A DNA stretch of 61,259 nt, filler included, from Squatina squatina (Eukaryota): NCBI GenBank assembly GCA_031763465.1. It is 4 parts of 4 records of this genome, joined end to end, with 100 filler letters (N's around TTAATTAATTAA, not from the genome) between each part and the next. Parts side by side here need not be neighbours in the genome. Positions count along the whole stretch, not along the records: positions 44,042 to 61,259 come from JARFOE010413967.1; 3 more parts are not named here. One strand, 5' to 3'. Below, piece after piece: positions 53,445 through 61,259 of the stretch (the stretch's first letter is position 1; each line of letters begins with the position of its first letter). The position numbers and the translations under genes are program-made. A model generated the notes under the pieces. That model was not told the origin of the DNA. It searched no databases and saw nothing but the letters and a program-made list of their open reading frames with translations.

Positions 53445-53456
53445 GTCCCTCCTTTT
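53445..53456 (-). promoter_or_regulatory. Polypurine tract
   Basis: Minus strand AAAAGGAGGGAC immediately before the TG of the 3' LTR. Confidence 0.85.
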
Positions 53457-53531
53457 GTACCCCTGGTCAGATCAACCTGAAACAGGTGGGACAATCTGAA
53501 GATTCTCTACCCAGTGGCTTCTGCAGGGATC

Positions 53532-55438
53532 CTACTGGAGTCCAGTGAGTTTCGAATCTATGCTATTCTGACATTTTATTACAGTCTTACCGAGGTCCTT
53601 CCGACCTAGGCTGAGCCTAGAAGGGCACCCTTTAAATGGCAAAAGTCCCATACGTGTTTTCCAATCTCTCATCCTCTGTGAGTGTTTTGACTGCTGCAAT
53701 AGCAGGGCGTACCCTTTGGTTGCCATCATCATCTGCACCACCTGAGATCTCAGCAGCCTCTGGTAGCAACAGCAACAGAGACTGACCAACAGAGACTGAC
53801 CAACAGAGACTGATCAACAGGATTGCTATGGATGCAGCAGCCGCTGCCATCCTTCCTACTTCCCACCACTTACACTGCATTCTTGCAGTTTTGGCCCATT
53901 TAACAGCGGAGTCCTTCAGTACTTTGGCAGTACCCTTTGCCAAGTCCACCTGTACCTTTCCCTTTGTGACTGTTTGACGGCTCTGCTCAGTGAATCCCTT
54001 AGTGGTGGCGAGGGCTCTCGCGACGGCCGCCCTGGCTACCTCCCTGGGGCGTCATCTATGTTCCACATACCATTCCACCACTGGCTAAACACATGGCCAG
54101 AGAGGGCCCTGGCTGCCAAGTGGGGCTCTCCTACAGTGAATGAGCCAGTGATCTGTAAGCAGAATATGTGCTTGTTACTACACATCAATTCTCCATAGAG
54201 TAAGCCCATACTACCTGTCCAAAAAGTAACAATGTGTCAGGGGGGCTTGGAGCACCTTGAAGGCTTTCTCGAGGGGCCGGACTGATACTACACTGGTGGA
54301 GTCATTACCGATGGAATTTAGGGTGTTACAGGTGCAGACAATGTAATGTTGTGATTTGGTGCAGCATTCACGTGTGGTCATTAGGAGGGTGCCACCCGGC
54401 CCTGGGGTTATGTACCCTCGAGACCCTACCTGGTATATGATCTGTCTCGTCCAACTCCCAGGGATTCAAATTTGTACCCCCCGGATAAGTACCATTAACA
54501 TGCACTCGTGGCATTATGGTCAGGAACCTAATTGTGGTCAGGAACTAAAGGTTCCTGGTTCTGATCCTGTAAATTTACAAGATCTAGCCCTTTCACAGTC
54601 TTATGTGTGTGTTGTGGTGCAGTACCATATCTTATACCTTCAAACTCTAATCTAACATTATCTATAAAATCCAAGGCCAACATGTCACACGCCCTCCCCT
54701 CAGACTGTGGTTATCAATCCATCTGCAGGGGGTGATATGGTGGCTGAACACTTATGGGTTTCTTATAACCACAAGATGTCAGATTAAAACTTCTTACATC
54801 AGTAAATCCCAATCGCTTAATCATATGGTTAGACAATTCTTGGCAATACTGTCCCTCAAGTCAGGGTTCCCAAATAAATGGGAGTAAGTTAGGCCATCTT
54901 GCTGTGATGGACAGCTGGGCGACTGCCGTGCCATCAATCCCCGTAGTTCCATCATCGTATATGCCTGCAACCGTTATTACAATTATTCGAACCCCAGTCC
55001 GCTGCATGTATTGCTTTAGTCAGGTTACAAATGGTGGATCTCGCACACCTTGGTCGTGTGTGTTTATGCAATGGCCTGGTCCGTAATCCAGACATTAGGC
55101 TTTCTTACCCACTCTTATTTCCCTCCCATGGGGAGTTGCACATACTGCCCAGGGTGTAAACATGTATCTCCGTCGATGTGCATGTTGGGCGCCTCCCATG
55201 CTGTAGCCGTCCACAGTAGAGCAGAGATCACTGTGATGATCCTCTTGGCTGCCATTGCCCCGTAGGTCTATGTGAAACAAAGTAGTGAAGAGAACTGCTG
55301 CTCGCTCTCCTGTTGGCAGAAACAGATTTTACGTTATAAGGTTTTACCTGTGACCATTGTTTCCACCTTCCTTGCCGTGCCATATCTGTACACACCCATA
55401 TCATTCTCATCATTATTACCTGCTATGGCCCCTGCCAT
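53532..55438 (-). pseudogene. env-like type I membrane glycoprotein remnant
   Basis: Across frameshifts and stops: signal-like MAGAIA/VIMMRMIWVC; Cys-rich RECCTKSQHYIVCTCNTL and MCSNKHIFCLQITGSFTVG; amphipathic helix; KWWEV; TM AAAAASIAILLISL; CCCC; tail with YQRL and YALL. It occupies the env position before the PPT. Confidence 0.65.
53773..53814. repeat. 14-bp unit x3 (caacagagactgaY)
   Basis: Direct reading. Removing two units restores the frame LLISLCCCCYQ. Confidence 0.9.
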
Positions 55439-55544
55439 TTTGAGGCCAGCCCGGGACTGATAGTACAGACTTCCTCTTTGGAGGATTGATGTGCAGTAAC
55501 AAGCACACCTTCTGCTTACAGATCCCCGACTCATTCACTGTAGG
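54130..55544. repeat. 91-bp inverted repeat; arms 54130-54220 and 55454-55544; 77/91 identical, no indels
   Basis: Hand alignment. Also visible in the ORF track as PTVNEPVICKQNMCLLLHINSP (+) versus PTVNESGICKQKVCLLLHINPP (-). Confidence 0.95.
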
Positions 55545-56958
55545 GATCTCTCCATCATTGCAATATCCATTACTTTGGCAAGTCCTCTGGTTCCTCACTT
55601 CTCTCACTTCATTCCTGGTCCGCAATCTCCTGTTGCTCCCTCACCTCGGACCTTAATCCTTTCAACCGCTCACACAATGCTACAACATAGCTTCTTATTC
55701 TATCTCTCAATGGTCCTACACCTTCACTGCCTGCTGAGGTTCCCTCCGGGAGCTGCATGGCCCTGCCGCTCATTGCCTCCAATGTCTCAAAATTCCAGTT
55801 CAAATCATGAAACCATTTTCTTAAAATTCAAAACTACTAATCCTTTTCTGTGAACCTAAAACTCTTATGTTGTAGAACTCAACACTTACGACAAGCAGAA
55901 TTTTACTGCAGCCACAAAGTAAGTCGTTTTTTTTCATCATTTAATAGTTTGGTTAACTTCAATAGTTTCAATTTAATTCAGACTAATTATATCCAACATA
56001 CACTTTCCACTCAAAGAAACAGTGCTGTCGCAGCCTGTAGCCTAGGACTTTTAGATAATCTTTTTTTTGAAAAACAACCCCACACGCAAAGTTCTCCTTT
56101 CTGAATTTCATTATCTGACCCTTTTGTTCAACCCAATCTATAATTACTTCTTACTTCTTACTGTTCCATTCGATTGCAGCTGTAAGTTCAAGGTTTAAAG
56201 CTCATCATATTCCCTCCAACAACACATATATATGCATACGCTAATAAACTCAAACAAACACTCTTGCATAATGTTCAAGACAAGAGCACAAAGGGTGAAC
56301 GACTACCAGATCCGTGGACAAAAGTGGGTGGAGATATAACAGACAGCTTTTTCAAGACAGACTTTCAAACCAACACAGTATTTAATCGTTTTAACGATTT
56401 ATACAGGTGTTGAGAAGAAACGCAAACATTCACTCCTTCACCTTACTTGAAACTTTCTTTTTCTTATGCACCAGAAATTCGGTGAGCGACCCTTCGGGGA
56501 CACACTCTTGATCTCTACCAACAATGACTAGAAGTCCTGCTACCACAATTCCCCGTGGGAACGGATTTCCCGTTCTCCTACGACCGTCCCTACAGACGTT
56601 CTGGTGGGAACGATACCACCCACTCCCCAATTCCTACAATCGCGTCCTACAATCGTTCTCGTGGGAAGCGGACCCCTACACTTCTCCTACGGCCATTCTT
56701 TACTTCGCTTGGTTTACCCTCGGCACAATACACCACCCACCCCCACCCACCCTGTTTGCCTAAAGTACCGCATTCTTGGTGCCCGCCATCTTTGATTACT
56801 TCATCCACAGACTCGTCCCTTAGTTTGGATGTTCTCTTCGGCTCACCGGTTTACCGACACAAACGTCGACATCCCTATCTAATGGGTTGTAAATTGAACG
56901 TACTCACCCGTCTTCTGATGTCGACATTCAGTCCGGCACTGGCGGCTGAGCCCCAGAA

Positions 56959-56976
56959 AACCTGCCAACTACGCTA
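56959..56976 (-). promoter_or_regulatory. Primer-binding site, tRNA-Ser type
   Basis: Minus strand TAGCGTAGTTGGCAGGTT versus TGGCGTAGTCGGCAGGAT (complement of the vertebrate tRNA-Ser 3' end): 15/18, 2 nt after the LTR CA. Confidence 0.85.
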
Positions 56977-56978
56977 AT

Positions 56979-57619
56979 TGTTGTGTGTTTAATTGCACTT
57001 TTAAAATCACCAATCGAATCTACGAAGTTGAGTAAAACAAAGATTTATTCGAGCAATTTGCAAGAGAGACGAGGCCTCAAACAGTTCAAGTGTCTCTCTC
57101 AAAGAAGCAAAGTTTGCGAAACTTATTTATAATAGTTCTGAGCTGACACATGTAAGCAATCTATGGGCTTGGATTTCGCCTTCTTACATTCATCACATTA
57201 GGAAAGAAACAAAGATTGTTAGCTTCTCACCCTTGATGCTCGGGATGTTGTGCCCCTAGCAGATGTGCTGTGTTATTCTAACTGCCTGTGACATCTCAAC
57301 CTCAGCCAAGAAGGAACATTAATTCCCTATAGCTCCTCCGCTGCGACGGGTGTTGACATCAACCGAGACTGTCTGTGTCTTATCTTGTGCTCATTAAAAT
57401 GTTGTGAGAACCATTGTATTAAGGATGTATCAGAAGCCTTCAGAATTTGTCTTTGGTTAAGTATCCCATCAAGCTTTACAGCAGTGGTAGGCGTTTTGTT
57501 AGCGTATTGTCTAATGCAGTTACAGACTTTATGTGGTCACGATATTAACTAGTTAAGCATTACCACTGCAAAGTAAGTTATTTTACTTCAAATCCCTAAT
57601 CCTTCATGTCCCAAATTCA
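56979..57619 (-). repeat. 5' LTR (641 bp)
   Basis: Homologous to 52797-53444. Minus-strand TATAAATA at ~57124-57131 and AATAAA at ~57044-57049. Confidence 0.9.
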
Positions 57620-57678
57620 GTGAAAGTCAATAGACTGCGAGATGTAAATGGATGAGGAGAGTCAAGGATTATAAACAT
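57620..57678 (-). pseudogene. Probable signal-peptide part of the ART pseudogene, separated by the LTR element
   Basis: Reads MFII/LTLLIHLHLAVY*LS (one frameshift, one stop) and would continue into AETTRKEVIQLDMA on the other flank. Confidence 0.5.
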
Positions 57679-58015
57679 CAGTTTTTTGGAAGCAGCAACA
57701 GTTTACGGTAGCACAATGGAGATATCTGGACCAATTATATGACAGATGTGAGTTCAAATACCACCAGTACAGTTTGTCAATATAAATGTAGTTAATTTCA
57801 ATAAATCTATAGAATTAATGGCTACCATGAAACTACAGTATTGTCAGAAACACAACTTATGGATGGAAACATACCGTCCTTATCTTTCTGACGATATGTG
57901 ATTCAAGATCCATAGTAATATGTTGAGCCTGAACTGGGCTCACAAACAACTCAGTTTCAACAAATGACTGCGAAAAAGAATAAAGCCTAACAGATGAAAT
58001 GGGAATGAACTGGGC

Positions 58016-58072
58016 ATCTGGATAGCTCAGTCAGCAGAACATCAGACTTTTAATATTTTCCTTGTTCGGGCA
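58016..58072 (+). pseudogene. tRNA-Lys(TTT) pseudogene, internally deleted
   Basis: ggatagctcagtcagcagaacatcagacttttaat...tgttcgggc matches tRNA-Lys(TTT); the 3' anticodon stem and T-arm are missing. Confidence 0.8.
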
Positions 58073-59244
58073 TTGCAAATTTACATTGCGATTCTGATCA
58101 AAAAATATCAGCAGTTCAAAAAGGCCATTTACCCCATTGAGCCTGATTTCCCATTTCATGAGATCAGTGACTCAACTCCATGGAAAACCATTTCCCCCAT
58201 ATTGCTTATGTAAACAAAAACCGCGCTAAATCCGGCAACTTAATGCTTAATTATATAATTTCTGGTTTCAATGTGAAAAGTTCACTGTTTGTGACAGAGA
58301 CATTTTTGTCGGTGCCACGTCATCGCAGATTCACAGATTGATACAGTATTGAAGGGGATTTATTCGGCCCATCGTGTCTGTGCCGGCTCTTGGGCAGAGA
58401 TATCCCATTAATCCCGCCCCCTGCTTTTTCCCCACGGCGCAGTATTTTCTGCCTTCAAGTAATGTACAATAAATGGTCAAACTTTAAAAGGAACACTATG
58501 AGTTGGAGATTCAGATGCACAGTTTGGGCCACAAACTCTGTCAGAGGTTACAACCGTTCCTGCTTCATCGCCCTTTGTGAGGCAGGTCTGACGTTCCAAT
58601 CAAAATTCTTTCCGAATAAAAGTGGCCACAGTCCCAGAATTAGACTGGTCACGTGGGGACCGATAGCAGCCGGTCGATGTCGAGGAAGAACCAAAGGTGA
58701 CATGAACAAACAGCGATTTGTTGTGATCTGGAATGCAGTGCCTAAAAGGGCGGTGGCAGCAGATTCAATCGTAACTTTCAAAGAGAACTGGATCAACACT
58801 TGAAATGAAAAATAAATTACCTGGCTATGAGGAAAGAGCAGGGGAGTGAGATTAATCGAATAGCTCTACCAAAGAACCTGCACAGGCACGATGGGCAGAA
58901 TGACCTCCTACTGTGTGGAATAATTCGATAATTGTATGATTCTATGATAAATATCCCGATGAGAAAGATCTGATTCGGGAGATTAGGGGAGGGAAATTAG
59001 CGAGCTCCTCAAGAACGTTAAACACTTAATAAATCGATTTTCTGTGTGACTTGTGTGGTTTAATTCAGTGAATTGTCTGTAAATGGCAACAGAGAAACGG
59101 ATTGAGAGTTTTTAGATTGGACAGATGTTATGTTGTTTGAGGTCAATGAGCCTTCTGCCTTCATTTTCAGAGGACCAGAATGAGCCAAACTTTCTTTGAA
59201 CCTCTGTGGGGAAATTTGGGGATGTTGACCAACTTGCTCAGTGC

Positions 59245-59332
59245 GGCAGCCTGGCCGAGTGGTCTTAAGCCCCTGTGTTCAGGTCACAGTTCTTCTCCTT
59301 TGGAGACCTGGGTTCGAATCCCACTGCTGACA
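59245..59332 (+). tRNA. tRNA-Leu(CAG)-derived gene, diverged, probably a pseudogene
   Basis: A box tggccgagtgg, anticodon arm ctgtg-ttCAGgt-cacag, long variable arm, B box ggttcgaatcc. Small insertions and stem mismatches. Confidence 0.75.
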
Positions 59333-59449
59333 TAGAGAGAGTTTCAGTTTTATTTTATGGAATTAGTTGCACCTGCTTCTTCGGCCCAATTGATTTGCTT
59401 CTGTCAGTAAACTAACACCGGGATTTTTCTCCTTAAACAGAAAAGGAGA

Positions 59450-59830
59450 AGGGGAGACCTATTAGATTTATTTCAAATTATGAGGGATTTGAATTGTGCA
59501 AGTCATGTGAAATGGTTCCCTCTCGCGTGTGGACCGACAACGAGAGCCCATAGATTTAAAATAATAGGCACAAGATCGTGTTGGGACATCCGGAGATTCT
59601 TTTCAGGCAGAGGGTTTTTAAGAACTGTTGTACATAACCTGAAGGCAAGGTGGAGTCAGATTCCATAGGAACATTCAAAAGGTAATTGGACATGTATTAG
59701 AACTAATTAGCAGGGTTATGGGGAAAAGCTGAGGTGTGGAACTAAATTGAACAGCTGTTTAAAGAGCCGGCACAGGTAGGACAGGCCGCATGGCCTCCTT
59801 CTGTGCTGTAAGATTCCGTGATGCTAAGAC
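59450..59830 (+). mobile_element. CR1 LINE 3' end
   Basis: TRAHRFKIIG..DIRRFF plus the UTR ending ggcctccttctgtgctgtaa. Confidence 0.75.
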
Positions 59831-60355
59831 TTTCTGACTCTATGACTCCGGTCTCTGGTGTATCCCCCATTCTCATCACACCACAAGTAGTCTCCCATAA
59901 CCCGAGCCTCACTCGCTGAAATTTCCTCTCCCAAACTCACTGCCTGAAAGGGTGGTGGAGGATGAAACTCTCATCACATTTAAAAAGTACTTGGATATGC
60001 TTTTGAAGTGCTGGAACCCATAAAGCTCCGGACCAGGAGCTGGAATGTGGGGTTCGACTGGATCGTTTTTCTTCGGCCGACAGAGATACAATGGGCCGAA
60101 TGGCCTCCTCCTGTACTTTAAACTTCTCTGATTCTTCGATTCTATGGTTTATCAAGCTGTGTGGAACACTTTACTGAATACGTGTGCTGGTGTCTGTTTC
60201 TTACATTGAATAAACGAGCGCACCTGGTGCTTTTCTCCCTAATACTAGTGAGCTAATGAGACAGACTTTATAGCAAGGTTCTGTTTACTGTGAAAAAGCA
60301 AAGAAAATAATAAATCTGGAATTATCCAGACTGCTGCCAACGTTAAAAACAACTA

Positions 60356-60410
60356 TGACCCGAAAGTGATTTGAATAGGTAAACGTTTATTCAGCTTTCA
60401 GACGTGTTAG
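60356..60410 (-). pseudogene. tRNA-Trp remnant, 5' end missing
   Basis: tgacccgaaagtgatttgaa...tcagacgtgtta aligns ungapped to the reverse complement of recalled tRNA-Trp(CCA), 37/55 by hand. A T5 run lies 6 nt downstream on minus (60345-60349). Confidence 0.55.
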
Positions 60411-60474
60411 CAGAGTGGTTAGAATTCGGGGATTTTACCCACCCCGGGTTCAGGTTCGATTCCTGGACAGGGAA
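60411..60474 (+). pseudogene. tRNA-Glu remnant, 5' end missing
   Basis: agtggttagaattcgg...ggttcgattcctggacagggaa matches tRNA-Glu from the D-arm to the 3' end; anticodon loop degenerate. Confidence 0.7.
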
Positions 60475-61093
60475 AAGATATTTGTAACACTTGTTTATTC
60501 AAAGCTTTATGACATTAATTATTTGCATCTAATGTGAAAAATGTTTGTTTTAATCATCATTAATTAACAGATAATATTATTTTGCAGAATAATAGAAATG
60601 CTAACATGGTCAATGCGGTACAGTCCAAGCTTCAATAATTTATTCTGCTCTTTGCATGTATTCAATGTTTATCCTTGTCACATTTTAATCACTGTATATT
60701 CGGAGCCCGGTTTGAAATGTTCAGCACTTGTGTCTCCAGAAATCTGGGCTAACATTCGTTAAACTTAACAGGATTGGCTATTTCGGAGAAAAATAATATT
60801 TGGAACATAATATTTCTAGAAAGTGCACTGACCTATCTTTCTCAGCGTCAAAGTTGATGACTATGAGAGAAGGTGCCTAACGGGAACACAGAAATACTCC
60901 CACCTCATGGAAAGTTATTGCCCATTATTCTAAGTAAGGCGCAGGTCCAGGACATTAATGATATACTTTCAATCTCACTGGCACTGAGGTTCAAACAGAC
61001 AACTTCTCCGGAAACACCTGCAGCTAAACGTTCACTGCTGAAGTGTTCAGCGAGAATGCTGAAATCCGTTACTGTGCGGTCGATAAAGCGCCG

Positions 61094-61167
61094 ATTTCCC
61101 TAATGTAGCGGTGATCACGTTCACCTGATTTTGCGAAATGTTTTCGGTTCGTGCCTGGGCGGAATCA
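61094..61167 (+). pseudogene. tRNA-Val pseudogene
   Basis: tttccctaatgtagcggtgatcacgttcacct...gcgaaa...cggttcg..ctgggcggaatca is colinear with tRNA-Val; anticodon loop destroyed. Confidence 0.8.
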
Positions 61168-61259
61168 TTATGTCAGGGAATATGTTTTTCTCTGAGAAAC
61201 TAGCAGTGCTGTTAAATGTTAAAAAGGTTCACCAGGTTCCTGGTGTAATAAGCAATGAA

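Larger units (their letters stand above)
52797..57619 (-). mobile_element. 4.8-kb LTR element (ERV-like), no recognisable gag/pol, decayed env-like gene
   Basis: Two homologous LTRs (TGAA...AACA on minus), PBS after the 5' LTR, PPT before the 3' LTR, and a GGTGAGT splice-donor motif at ~56902-56908. Confidence 0.9.

Noticed and set aside
55560-56950. gag or pol within the LTR element
   Set aside because: No long minus-strand ORF and no zinc knuckle, DTG, YxDD or integrase motif seen by eye; a sensitive search could still find traces.

Overview
Vertebrate genomic DNA, almost certainly from a cartilaginous fish. This rests on SacSINE1/DeuSINE-type SINEs, dense CR1 tails and a GPR139-like receptor of the shark-expanded type. 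The window is not one locus. Three artificial 100-nt spacers (44N-TTAATTAATTAA-44N) join four unrelated pieces. Piece 1 (1-14217): an 18-bp minisatellite, one stereocilin/otoancorin-like exon (+) and four SPG11 exons (-). Piece 2 (14318-28758): about 10 phase-compatible, mostly stop- or frameshift-damaged exons of a gene I cannot identify (-), plus a Harbinger transposase relic and MITEs. Piece 3 (28859-43941): UHRF2-like exons (-) diverging from BRD10/KIAA2026 exons (+). Piece 4 (44042-61259, gap-free): an intact two-exon GPR139-like GPCR, an ecto-ADP-ribosyltransferase pseudogene split by a 4.8-kb LTR element, and a cluster of decayed tRNA genes. The LTR element is the most unusual object. 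It has a tRNA-Ser PBS and a PPT, no recognisable gag/pol, and a decayed env-like membrane protein gene. A 91-nt antisense copy of env sequence sits 15 nt upstream of the env-like ATG, and its substitutions favour G-U pairing in the element's sense RNA (8 of 9 transitions). All homology calls are from recalled sequences and hand translation; no searches were run.
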